Positions 24,245-36,757 of a stretch of 56,760 nt of DNA are shown here, in pieces (position 1 is the first letter of the stretch; each line of letters begins with the position of its first letter). The notes under the pieces were generated by a model. The model made no database searches. It saw only the letters and a program-made list of their open reading frames with translations, and was not told the DNA's origin. Location: positions 60,014,344 to 60,071,103 of the forward strand of contig NC_068993.1 in assembly GCF_001194135.2 (NCBI RefSeq). Reading direction: 5' to 3'. Origin of the DNA: Octopus bimaculoides. Taxonomy: Eukaryota. Made by a program: the position numbers and the translations under genes.

Positions 24245-24690
24245 GTCGCGACTATGACTGTCCATGGCTTTCACATGACTTCATAAGCTTCCTCCATTAT
24301 GGTCGCTTTTTCGCTTGAGTTTCTCATTTTGCTATGATCAATTTCTTTCCACTTCATATTCCTTTTTGCTGTGTCTTTGAATCTCAGTCTATGTCTTCCA
24401 TGCTTTCTTTTCCCCTTACATAGTTGGGAGTAAAGGATTTTTTTCTGTAGAATCTGTTGATGTGCATCCTGTCTACATTGGCCCAACCAACGTAAACGTC
24501 TGTCATCATAGGAGACAAAACAGCACGCCGTTGGATCTTTTTGTTTCTGATCCTGTCATGGAGAGGGATATTCATAATTCGTCGTAGCTCTCTCACCGTA
24601 CACGCATGGAACTTGTCTACTTGAGTTTTATAGACTATCCAAGTTTCAGTTACATATATTTGACACATATACAAACAAGTCTGTTTTTCC
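24245..24690 (-). mobile_element. RTE-clade LINE, 3' end of ORF2 (frameshifted pseudogene)
   Basis: Translations IYVTETWIVYKTQVDKFHACTVRELRRIMNIPLHDRIRNKKI and KKILYSQLCKGKRKHGRHRLRFKDTAKRNMK match the typical RTE post-RT region (LLYGSETW...RCLRRIL; K.ILYGEL..GKR..GRP..RFKD). Confidence 0.85.
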
Positions 24691-24699
24691 TCGCCTTAG

Positions 24700-25090
24700 A
24701 TAACTTCGATATATTGTGGCCAAAATCTTACCCTGGTCCTGTCTAACTTAAATGTACCACCTGATAGGATCTGTTAAGATATTTCAAAGACAAGTTTTGT
24801 AGTATTATCGCCCATTCAAATAGGGAGTTGTTGTTCACAACGATTTATCCTAGGTATAGTTGGCTTATCTGGTATCTGTTGAAGAAAGTTATCCAGATTT
24901 TGTTTGAAGGTGATGGGAACTTTTACTCCTTTGGTTTGATTTGGGACAATATTAAATACAGTAGAGCCTGTTGAGGAAACGAAATTGTGTTGCAGTGCAC
25001 TTGTGTGTTGTGACTCTGAATTGTGTAAGGGGCGGACGACACATAGTACAAGCCTTGAACGAATTCTAAATCTAATGTTAAGGTCGATTG
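24700..25090 (-). mobile_element. CR1/L2-group LINE, 3' end of ORF2 plus short 3' UTR
   Basis: LQHNFVSSTGSTVFNIVPNQTK...TFKQNLDNFLQQIPDKPTIP matches the F...LFN.LP...FK..LD.FL..IPD.P terminus of CR1/L2-type ORF2. Confidence 0.75.
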
Positions 25091-25654
25091 GTATATTCTC
25101 AACATTTCGCAAACGATGTAACGCTCACGGCGGCTGAAACACATAAAAACATAAACGAATACATACATACAATCAGGTATGTGTGTAGGGGTGTATATGC
25201 GTTTATTTTGTAGGCGATTAAATATGTACACTATAATTTATTCTGAAACGTCACGTGATAATTTCCGTTATGATTGTTGTACGTAAACACGAAATACGAC
25301 ATTTATGTGTTTAATTTTTTTTTTTTTTTTTTACAAGTCAATCTGTAAAAGTATTTCCCGTTTTTATTCATTCTACTTTCGTTTTCACGTTCGTTCCAAC
25401 AATGAGAGAAATGATAAAATAAGCCTATTCTAAACACGTATCACCTAAAATCGGTTAATATATTATCACTTAGACACATATTAGGCGTACGCGTATATAC
25501 ATATCTATGTATACATGCACGCATGTATATACATATTTGCGCATATATATAAATTTATACACAAAACTGCACTACGTACATAGCTATATTTGTGTATGTG
25601 CATATATGTATGTATGTATGCATGTTTGTACGCGCATGTGTGTATCTACATATA

Positions 25655-25716
<62 letters not shown>

Positions 25717-26364
25717 TAGATATATATGCATACATGCATATACACACACACATACACATATATATATGTATATATANNNNNNNNNNNNNNNNNNNNNNNN
25801 NNNNNNNNNNNNNNNNNNNNNNNNNNNNNNNNNNNNNNNNNNNNNNNNNNNNNNNNNNNNNNNNNNNNNNNNNNNNNNNNNNNNNNNNNNNNNNNNNNNN
25901 NNNNNNNNNNNNNNNNNNNNNNNNNNNNNNNNNNNNNNNNNNNNNNNNNNNNNNNNNNNNNNNNNNNNNNNNNNNNNNNNNNNNNNNNNNNNNNNNNNNN
26001 NNNNNNNNNNNNNNNNNNNNNNNNNNNNNNNNNNNNNNNNNNNNNNNNNNNNNNNNNNNNNNNNNNNNNNNNNNNNNNNNNNNNNNNNNNNNNNNNNNNN
26101 NNNNNNNNNNNNNNNNNNNNNNNNNNNNNNNNNNNNNNNNNNNNNNNNNNNNNNNNNNNNNNNNNNNNNNNNNNNNNNNNNNNNNNNNNNNNNNNNNNNN
26201 NNNNNNNNNNNNNNNNNNNNNNNNNNNNNNNNNNNNNNNNNNNNNNNNNNNNNNNNNNNNNNNNNNNNNNNNNNNNNNNNNNNNNNNNNNNNNNNNNNNN
26301 NNNNNNNNNNNNNNNNNNNNNNNNNNNNNNNNNNNNNNNNNNNNNNNNNNNNNNNNNNATATAC

Positions 26365-26406
<42 letters not shown>

Positions 26407-26513
26407 TTATAGAAAGATAGATAGATAAACACACACTTACACACACACATATATATATATATATATCTGTATATACAGACATATTTATAAATAGATAGAT
26501 ATACACACATACA

Positions 26514-26582
<69 letters not shown>

Positions 26583-27041
26583 ATTTATGTATGTATGTGT
26601 TTGTCTCTCTTTTTCTCTGTCTCCACATAAACACACAAACGCACACACATGTATGTGTATATACTTTTCTGTCTATAAATCTGTGTGTATACACGTATAG
26701 ATGCATGCATACAACTATTTATGCAGTCTATGTCTAGTGTTTCTGTTTATTTGTATATACAGCAGACTGCAATTATGATGTTAACCAGATACCGCGTGGT
26801 TCTGAAAATTTTAATGAAATGGACAAAAACAGCGTTTATAAAACTACACTTTACCTACAAACGGTCATATTTGTGTATATATGAGTTTGTGCCATTGTGC
26901 TTCTGTATTCATGCGTATATGTGAATACATATATATTCACTCAAATGACATTTGTTCGGGGAAAAAGAATATCAGTAAAAGCGTTTATATCCGTCAACAC
27001 AGTCCGCAGTCTTGGCCGCTATCATGGCTTTGTTCGTGCAC

Positions 27042-27098
<57 letters not shown>

Positions 27099-27103
27099 TG
27101 TGT

Positions 27104-27136
<33 letters not shown>

Positions 27137-27142
<6 letters not shown>

Positions 27143-27226
27143 TCCACCACCACTTGGCAACTGGTGTTGGTGTATTTGTGTCACCTTAACTTAACGGTTC
27201 GGCAAAAGAAATCAATAGAATAAGTA
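27137..27226 (+). mobile_element. SINE family F1, partial 3' half following a (TG)n array
   Basis: GTTTGTCC...TAACTTAACGGTTCGGCAAAAGAAATCAATAGAATAAGTA. Confidence 0.65.
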
Positions 27227-27657
27227 GATATTGCGTCCGATTCATGTGTGTGTGTGTGATTAAATAAGGCTTCAATATTATCTTTCTATTTCACTGTGCT
27301 AAATGTATACGACGGGATTCTTTCAATCTCCATCTACCAAATCCACTTACAAGGCTTTATTTTATTGACTCCGGAAGACTGAAAAGTAATGTCTGCCTCG
27401 ACAGAATTTGAACTCCGCCAAGCATTTTGAATGCCGCCAAGCTTTTGTCCGACGCGCTAAAGATTGTAATGAAAGCATTTTACATTAATCAGGATTACTC
27501 AATACATTTTGTATAGTTCACATTCATTAGTCTTTAAGAGTTATTGATTTGTATTGAGAGTATTGATTTGAAGCTGAGCTGGACTCAAACGAATCGCAGT
27601 CAGATGGTTTGGCAGGCTGGAACATCGAAGTTTCTGTAAATATTATTCTTGTAACGG

Positions 27658-27697
<40 letters not shown>

Positions 27698-29045
27698 TCG
27701 CCATGTTGGACCGCTGAGCCCTACAAGTTTTTTTTTCTTCTCTCTTTATTTATTTCCTCTTATTCCTTTCTGGCGAAGAGCATTGACTCGAAACATAAAA
27801 GACTTTTCCTTTCCCGAACGTCAAACTAATACACTTGCCTGTTGTTCGTACACCTGACTTCGTCTTTGCTTTTCTATAAATTCGAACCNNNNNNNNNNNN
27901 NNNNNNNNNNNNNNNNNNNNNNNNNNNNNNNNNNNNNNNNNNNNNNNNNNNNNNNNNNNNNNNNNNNNNNNNNNNNNNNNNNNNNNNNNNNNNNNNNNNN
28001 NNNNNNNNNNNNNNNNNNNNNNNNNNNNNNNNNNNNNNNNNNNNNNNNNNNNNNNNNNNNNNNNNNNNNNNNNNNNNNNNNNNNNNNNNNNNNNNNNNNN
28101 NNNNNNNNNNNNNNNNNNNNNNNNNNNNNNNNNNNNNNNNNNNNNNNNNNNNNNNNNNNNNNNNNNNNNNNNNNNNNNNNNNNNNNNNNNNNNNNNNNNN
28201 NNNNNNNNNNNNNNNNNNNNNNNACTACACACTGAATCGTGGCAAGGCATGGACGGATTTCGGAGTACCGAGGAAATTATGTGTAGATGGAGAATTCTAC
28301 GAGGTATAGTACAATGTATAGTACAATGCAAAATACCAAAAGGAACCTCACCCCTTACATCTCACCTTTCTTCCTCCTTTAACGCCGATGTGATATAATT
28401 TCTTGGGAGAGAAATACTTTTGCGGCTGCAGATAGCTTTGTATTGTCAATTATACACTGATATAAAGCTTGAAACACGTGTACCGCAGAATCCTTTGTGT
28501 TTTTGTTTTTATTTTTTGCATTTACAATTCATTATATATATATATATATATATAGGAAGGAGAGAGAGAGAGAGAGAAGCTGAAAAGAATAATGAAGCAC
28601 AGGTACCAGACAATATGAGGGAATCTGGTAGAACAGTAGGAAAAATGATTCGACGTTTTTTGTTCGTGATATTTTTGTTTTTGTGTGCATATTTAAATCC
28701 TGCCGAACTTAACTTAGCTCTTCATCGCTCAACGGCACATAAACTGACGAATGCCCTCATTACTGGGATTGCTGGCATCGACCGACCTCTTCCTTCAAAA
28801 TTGCTGACCTTGTGCCCGAATTGGTAACAAGTGTTGGGTCAATGGACTGGCAGAATTGCTAATGCGGCAAATTCCAGTCTGGTTGGTAAAAGATATACCA
28901 CTTGAACATTATGGTCGCTGCAATTCACAAGCCCCTACCGTAATTCCAGATCTCGTGCTTATAGCAGAAAAGACTTATTATTATACATGTATATATGCGT
29001 ATATATATATATACATACACACACACAAAGAAAGAGAGGAAAGAC

Positions 29046-29104
<59 letters not shown>

Positions 29105-29290
29105 GACAAGGGGCACAAAATAGTGAAATGCTGCAAAAGTGATATAGTAGCAATGTAGAGATAATAGGTTGACATTTATTGTGAATGCGCCAACTTGGTA
29201 GAATAACGATGCCTTACACAATTTTCCCAACCTCTTACAAACACTTGTTTAGCATACATGCACACACACACACACACATTCATACAAATA

Positions 29291-29342
<52 letters not shown>

Positions 29343-29856
29343 ATTATGCATAAATACATGCGTGTGTATGTCAGTATATCTATCCATCTCTATCAGTTAA
29401 TCAATCAATCAATATGTATACATGTACATACATACACGCACATACACTCATACATAACTGTATGTATGTCTATATACGTTTATGAATGAGCGTGTATACG
29501 TATGTGCATATGTCAGTCTATGGTCTGTAATCTGCCTTGGGCTTGCTTGTCTGTCTGTGTGTCTGTCTGTATCCATGTATGTATGCATACATGTATGTAT
29601 GTATGTATGTATGTTTGTATGTACAGCAATATATACACATTGATAACGAGAACATACACGGATTAAATAAAGAAAATGTCGACACATATACAGGCCGTCC
29701 TATGAGTATGGCTGATAGCTTATATTCATGCATGCAATTTAACCTCGTTATTTTTTCTGTGCATACAGCTTGTGCATATTTTATTCTGCAGTCACTCGAC
29801 ATGCTTGCACTCCACATTGTGCAGTTAGAATGAGACAACTACATATTGGGTATATA

Positions 29857-29894
<38 letters not shown>

Positions 29895-30541
29895 ATTAAG
29901 CTTTATAAACACACAGAAGCTCACAAGCATACACGTACACATACACACTTTATAATGTGTACAAGTAATACGTAGACATACAAAACTATATTTTGTTTTC
30001 TGGACACAAGCATTCATCCATTTATAAACATTGTCTGTTGTATGTGCATGCGTGTACTTTTACATCTGTGTATGTGTGAGAGTGTGTTTGAATATCTGTG
30101 TGCGGGAGTCAGTGTGTGTTTGTGTATCGGGGGTGAGTAAGTGAGCGTGTGTGTTTATACATAAAGTACAAATATGAAAATGTAGAATTTCTGTTATTTA
30201 CAAATGCTCAAAGATGAGCGGCAGAGAGAATAGAGAGGGCGCGCGAGAGAAAGCTTGTATTAATTATGAATTTATATACTCTTCCTACCTATATAGTTAC
30301 TGCCCAGGCACTGAAGGAAGCACAACACCTATCAATGGCCCTAGACTTTTTCATGGCCTCCGAGATTGGGTTGGGGAAGGGGACGAGTTCATGTCAAACC
30401 GGATACAGGATCTAAATGCTTACAACGGAGTGAACCCGGCTAAAAGTACTCGAAAACCACGTAGTGGTGTAAAAACCGGGCACCGGATTAAATTTATCAT
30501 CCACAATACAGTCACCCTCTGTTCATCTCCACCTCTGCATG

Positions 30542-30626
<85 letters not shown>

Positions 30627-31071
30627 NNNNNNNNNNNNNNNNNNNNNNNNNNNNNNNNNNNNNNNNNNNNNNNNNNNNNNNNNNNNNNNNNNNNNNNNNN
30701 NNNNNNNNNNNNNNNNNNNNNNNNNNNNNNNNNNNNNNNNNNNNNNNNNNNNNNNNNNNNNNNNNNNNNNNNNNNNNNNNNNNNNNNNNNNNNNNNNNNN
30801 NNNNNNNNNNNNNNNNNNNNNNNNNNNNNNNNNNNNNNNNNNNNNNNNNNNNNNNNNNNNNNNNNNNNNNNNNNNNNNNNNNNNNNNNNNNNNNNNNNNN
30901 NNNNNNNNNNNNNNNNNNNNNNNNNNNNNNNNNNNNNNNNNNNNNNNNNNNNNNNNNNNNNNNNNNNNNNNNNNNNNNNNNNNNNNNNNNNNNNNNNNNN
31001 NNNNNNNNNNNNNNNNNNNNNNNNNNNNNNNNNNNNNNNNNNNNNNNNNNNNNNNNNNNNNNNNNNNNNNN

Positions 31072-31105
<34 letters not shown>

Positions 31106-31129
31106 TACACACACACGTTTACACACATC

Positions 31130-31178
<49 letters not shown>

Positions 31179-31341
31179 GTAAGTATGTATGTATACGCAA
31201 CCATTTATGCAACATCACACTTGGAAAATGGGGAGAAGAGTGAGATGATAAGCGTTAGTGGCGATGGTGTGGAGGGTGTCGGCGATAAGGGCGTTTTGTG
31301 TTTGAAGGCGAGAAGGAAACATAGCGATTGGAGATCAATAC

Positions 31342-31440
31342 TTGTAAAAAGCCGTCCATTCATGTGAAGACCATTGTCCAACAGTCGACAATAATGTGAG
31401 TCCCATGGGAGGATGAGAGCGACAGGCTTTTTAAAGAAGC
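31342..31440 (-). CDS. candidate 99-nt phase-1 exon of unknown identity
   Basis: Long pyrimidine tract plus ACCAG acceptor (31442-41) and donor AA|GTATTG. Only one frame is open: GFFKKPVALILPWDSHYCRLLDNGLHMNGRLFT. No homology recognised. Confidence 0.2.
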
Positions 31441-32604
31441 CTGGTTTTGATAACAAGAGGAAAAGGAAGGTACGAAGCCAAAAGAAGGGAGATAAAAAGA
31501 GAGGAAAAGGAGAACTAAAAGAGTGGAAGGTTGCTGTGAGGGGGAGTGAAAGTGGGAGATGGAGTGAGGGAGAGAATAAGAGACGGGGTTTGAGTGAGAG
31601 TGATTATGCGTGAGGGAATGATGAGTTTTTCAGTCACGTGCAGTCGTGATTATGGTGATAATGATGGTGTTAGTGAAGNNNNNNNNNNGTGGTGATAGTT
31701 GTTCTGGTGGTGGTTTTGTTAAGGGTGTTATTTCGTTAGCGAAGGTCGTAGTAGTAATTCTTTTTTTTTTTTTTTATTTATCTTGAGGTTGTTTTAGTAG
31801 TCGTGGCGTTTGTAATTAATCATACCTAATTGAGAAATTACATATATGTATATACATACATATATGTGTATGTATTTGTGTGTACATACATGCATTAGTA
31901 TATCTAAACATATCTGTATACACACAAACATGAATATGTGTGATATTGTAAACAATACAAAAGATAGGATATATATGAATCTATTTATCTATCAATAATA
32001 CGTGTATATTTACACAAACACACGCGCAAACCACGTGACCTTCAGTGGATACCGTCATGGATTTTCAGGAAACAGTTTTTGGCAAATCCATTTGAGCACA
32101 GAATCTATTTGACGATGGTGTTTTAAGTGCTGATATTTTGCACTTAAGGAAATCTTTTTCCTTTTTTAATGCGGTACCCTAGTTTTTATTCTATATTGTT
32201 TTTTAATTCATGAGTGGGTAACAGTTGATCCTCTGTCTTTACGATCTGAGTTCAAATTCCACCGAGCTCAACTTTACGTTTCACCCAGACGGCATTTTTA
32301 AGGCGCTTTACCAGACATTCACATATTTCAGTGACTGTACAAGTTGAAACCGTAGAAAAAAAGATGTTGGTTTCTGACTAACCGAGACACAAATATTGTT
32401 TTAGTCCGGTTGAAGTGGTTCCTTATTTCTCATTTTCTTAAATGTATGAGATTCTTCAATATATCTTTCAAGATGAGCAACTCGGGGAAAAGGTTAAATC
32501 AATGAAATCAACCTATTCGATAGCTATTGATCGATTTTGGGAGGATGGAACGTTGACCTGGGAATGATTTGATCTTTCCGATACTTTAATAATAATGACA
32601 CCGA

Positions 32605-32904
32605 TCGTTTCAGTTGACCCAATCAACAAAAGAGCCTCCTCAGGAAATTAACTTGCAAGTGGCTGAGTACTCCACAGACATGCATACCCTTAACGTAGTA
32701 CCCAAAGAGATTCAGCGTTACAGAGAATGTTACGAGGCTGGCTTCTTTTGAATTACAGGTACAACTCATTTTTGCCAGCTGTGTGGACTGGAGTAATGTG
32801 AAATAAAGTATCCTGCCCAAGAGCACAGCGAGTTGACAGGAATCGAACGCATGACCATACGTTCATGAGCCAAATACCCAAGAGACTAAGCCACGCGTTT
32901 CCAC
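32605..32904 (-). mobile_element. tRNA-derived SINE, group F3 (head A + CORE-like module + tail X)
   Basis: The head resembles 18740-18800. The central GTGCTCTTGGGCAGGATACTTTATTTCAC...GCTGGCAAAAATGAGT is shared with 49355-49410, and the tail GTGGAGTACTCAGCCACTTGCA is shared with 18495-18520. Confidence 0.8.
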
Positions 32905-33120
32905 ACCTTTAATAATAGTGAGTAAAGGAAAACAACAATGAGAAACGGTGTTGGGCAGAGCTGTTAATCTATGCGATTGCGGCTCTAATACTGTGCGCTG
33001 CAAGGGATACCGGGATGCTCTGCTGATTTTTAGTTTTGAATATAATTTAAGGCAGAAAATTATTATTTGTAAATCTCCCAGCGAGAGACATTCAGTAAGA
33101 ATGCAGAAGAGTGTAGATTA

Positions 33121-33304
33121 ATTACCAACATAACGTGACAGTCCTGGTTAGGACGATTGCTACTGTAATTTAGCCTCAGGAAACGTCTCCAGCTTGCTAT
33201 ACAACACAGGTAGTGTGTCGTATAGTCAGCTGGAGATGATGTTTCCTGGGGCTAAATAACAGTAACATTCGTCCTAACCAAGACTGCCACGTTATGTTGG
33301 CAAC
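33121..33304. mobile_element. 184-bp fold-back (palindromic MITE-like) element
   Basis: Arms 33121-33207 and 33215-33304 match at 75/87 aligned positions with one 3-nt indel and a 7-nt loop. TA flanks both ends (33119-20, 33305-06). Confidence 0.85.
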
Positions 33305-33633
33305 TAGTCTTTATAATTTAAGCTTTTGTAAACTTTGTACTAATGTTTTCCATGTGAAATGTACCGGGATTTTCCTTTTCCTTTTTTTTTTTTTATTCTC
33401 TCATACCACGAAGGAAACGTATTGAGAACCACTGCGCTAATGGTGTACGAATCAGTGGAATATTCAGTCACGATATTTAACTGACTTGATCGAACAATCA
33501 GAACAGTCCGCACCGAGACCGACGAAAATCCAGTTCAATTTTGCAGATTGTCTTTTTCTTCTTTTTACCATGCTAGCTGGATAACTAAGTACAAATAACT
33601 TATGTATGTATGTATGTATGTATGTATGTATGC

Positions 33634-33664
<31 letters not shown>

Positions 33665-33727
33665 TAGACGGACAGACAGACGGATAGACTGACAGATAGA
33701 AAACGATAGACGGACAGATAGATAGAC

Positions 33728-33790
<63 letters not shown>

Positions 33791-33791
<1 letters not shown>

Positions 33792-34188
33792 TAGAGATAC
33801 ATTTCTTTTATTAGCCACTCAGGGCNNNNNNNNNNNNNNNNNNNNNNNNNNNNNNNNNNNNNNNNNNNNNNNNNNNNNNNNNNNNNNNNNNNNNNNNNNN
33901 NNNNNNNNNNNNNNNNNNNNNNNNNNNNNNNNNNNNNNNNNNNNNNNNNNNNNNNGCTTTTCTTTTTGGGAGGGGGAAGGAAGGAAAAAAAAAAAAAGTG
34001 GTGGTGTCGATCAAAAGGGATCGTAGGAAGGGAAAAAGGGGGAGTTCGATCAAAAGGGATCAAAAAAAAAAAAAGAAAGAAAGGCCGATCAATAGGGATC
34101 GTGTATCACACAGTAATGTTCTCGTGTAAAAGAGGGGAGGACAGTTTAGGTTTAGCCGTGGAAGGAAAAGCCTACGGAAAAGACCACG
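33791..34188 (-). mobile_element. putative 3' UTR/terminus of a LINE (likely Tx1/L1 clade) embedded in (GATA)n
   Basis: The minus strand ends ...GCCCTGAGTGGCTAATAAAAGAAATGTATCTCTAA(TCTA)n, with U-rich segments and three hairpin repeats. GATA/GACA arrays flank both sides. The clade is inferred, not shown by coding sequence. Confidence 0.5.
34008..34101. repeat. three 16-bp hairpin repeats CGATC-AAAAGG-GATCG at an exact 39-bp period
   Basis: Copies start at 34008, 34047 and 34086, separated by dissimilar purine-rich 23-nt spacers. Confidence 0.9.
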
Positions 34189-34889
34189 ACAGACATATAG
34201 ATAGACAGAGATAGATAGACATATGTATAGACAGAGATAGACAGATGGATAGATAGACAAACATGGATAGATAGATAGATAGATGCACAAACAGGCAGAT
34301 AGATAGATTGATTATAATTGATAAAGAAGAATCGATTTATATAAATAAAATTAATAAAGTTGACAGAGAGATAGACAGACAGTTAGATGGACAGATAGAC
34401 AGATAGATAGATAGACAGATAGACAGATAGATGGACAGATAGACAGATAGATTAGTTAGATAGATAGATAGATAGATGGACAGATAGATAGATCATATCT
34501 TTGTGTCACATTTATTGCAGCTGTTTCTTTTATATTTCCTTCTTATTGTCCTATCATCTTATTGTTGTTGCTGTTGTTATTTCACAGATCGATAAAATAG
34601 AAATAAAACTATAACAACGAGATTAAATAGAAACGAAAGAAGAGAAAGGGAAACGGGACAGGGAAGGGCTGCTGCGACAGAAATATTAAAAAAATTGTTG
34701 TTTTGGGGAGAAAACAATGGAATAGATCTCACCTAAATAAGGAACAGTATTATGAGCTGCAGCTGCAATTTCAAGCCTATTGCATCATCGGTTCATCTCT
34801 CATTTGTTGCTTTCAGGGGTGGACACCATACTTCCGGGTGGATGAATGAGATTAACTTTATACAGGTTGGTATTTCGGCAGATCTCGTG

Positions 34890-35103
34890 ACGAATAGTAG
34901 TAGTGGTGGTGGTGGTGGTGGTGGTAGTAGTAGTAGTAATGGTGGTAGTAATAGTAGTAGTAGTAGTAGTAATGGTGGTAGTAATAGTAGTAGTAGTAAT
35001 GGTGGTAGTAATAGTAGTAGTAGTAATGGTGGTAGTAGTAGTAATAGTAGTAGTAGTAGTANNNNNNNNNNAGTAGTAGTAGTAATGGTGGTAGTAGTAG
35101 TAA

Positions 35104-35170
<67 letters not shown>
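34890..35170. repeat. (AGT/GGT/AAT)n trinucleotide array with a 27-33-bp higher-order unit
   Basis: AATGGTGGTAGTAAT(AGT)4-6 is repeated three to four times. Confidence 0.85.
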
Positions 35171-35172
<2 letters not shown>

Positions 35173-35454
35173 ATGGAGTTGAATGTATGTTTGTGTATAT
35201 GTGCGCGGGAGTGTGACGGTGGCGAGGACGGTGTGACCTGATGGCTGGAGTGGGGGGGGGGGNNNNNNNNNNNNNNNNNNNNNNNNNNNNNNNNNNNNNN
35301 NNNNNNNNNNNNNNNGGGGGGGGGGGGTCTGGCTCAGGGAGGTTGGTGCGACTTGTTTCCGTCCAGCCATAAACATCACAACATCACGCCAAAAACACAC
35401 CACAGCCTCTAAAACAGTTATTGAACCCTCGCCTCTCAAGATTCAGTGCGTAAT

Positions 35455-35735
35455 ATCTTTTACTTGTTTCAGTAGAACAAATCAACCCCAGAAACCCTTT
35501 TTTTTAAAAACAAAATCTGCTAAGTTGTGGGGACGCAAATAAACCAGCATCGGTTGTCAAGTAGGATGAGACAAAAAAGAAACATAACGACACACACACA
35601 CGTTGATGAATGACTTTCACAGTTTCTATCCATCACATTCACTCACATTGATTGACCTGGAGCTAGAGTAGGAGACACTTGCTCAAGGACCAGCGCAGTG
35701 GAACTGAACCCGGAACCACGTGGTTACAAAACGTT
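35455..35735 (-). mobile_element. SINE family F1, near-complete diverged copy with internal (CA)n
   Basis: TTTACTTGTTTCAGT...CATCGGTTGTCAAG...(CA)n...AGACACTTGCTCAAGG...GAACTGAACCCGGAACCACGTGGTT. Confidence 0.75.
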
Positions 35736-36658
35736 TTTGCTTGTTTAATTTTTTTCTTATGAGGGATGTACCGGCGGATAATCACGGGATTTTCCTTTGC
35801 TCTCCAGACCCACCTTTACATATTTATCACTTCATCAGGAGAGAAGGTAAAGGCAATGACACTAAATCTGTGGGTGGTGGGGGGATCAAAAGATATCCTC
35901 AAACTGGGGATCTTGCTCGAAGGCTTACAAAATAGTGAAACCCCCTAAAGCTACTAAGGGTCACATATTGCGGTGTTACACCGGACGGCAGAATCAATAC
36001 GCCACCTACTTGGTCGAGAAGAAATTCACTTCTCTCCATTTCGCTCCATTCTACGCCCATCCACTATATCTCATCTTATACCTATTCTTCTAACTGTTCT
36101 TATTGTTAAGCCCTGCCCCAGGTTATCCCTGATCAAGCAAATCTATGAATAACTGTTTTCCAATCATGCCCAGCCAGTCTTTTTCCTATATACATTGGCC
36201 AAATTTCTCCTGTTTTGCGACGAATTTTATGGAGATTGAACTTCGTAGATGATTTGTGTGTATGCAGACGTTTACTAGAGGCTAAGTGGGGAGGCAGGGA
36301 CATGGATATGTAAAATTTTACACACACACATGCATATATATATTCATTTTCATCTCTATTTACTTTGTTTCCTCCTGATATAGGCAACGTAAAAGTCTGA
36401 CAGATACACAATAAAAGAGGGCACCTTTAAGTGCCACTCTAATGTTTAAAACCGCAAATATTACGTAAATTTTCACTTGGAACTTTCGCGTGACCTGACG
36501 TTGAAAGCAGAATTGGTACAGAAACAATTATAACGTGTGTGTGTGTACGTGTGTGTACGTGCAAGTGAATGTATGTACACATATATAGGCGTATGTATGA
36601 GTGCTTGTTTATATATTTCGCAATGAGCACAAAAAGACAAGACTCTCTCTCCATATAA

Positions 36659-36692
<34 letters not shown>

Positions 36693-36697
36693 GAATG

Positions 36698-36757
<60 letters not shown>

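Noticed and set aside
32956-33434. hAT-like element enclosing the fold-back (right TIR TTGAGAACCACTG at 33422-33434)
   Set aside because: The left TIR is very degenerate and the 8-bp flanks (GTGTTGGG vs CGCTAATG) do not match.
34008-34101. CRISPR array call
   Set aside because: Eukaryotic context, only three 16-bp repeats, low-complexity spacers and no cas genes. Reported as a repeat instead.
35252-35327. Poly-G around a gap as a G4 element
   Set aside because: The true length is unknown because of the N-gap, which is a typical sequencing dropout.
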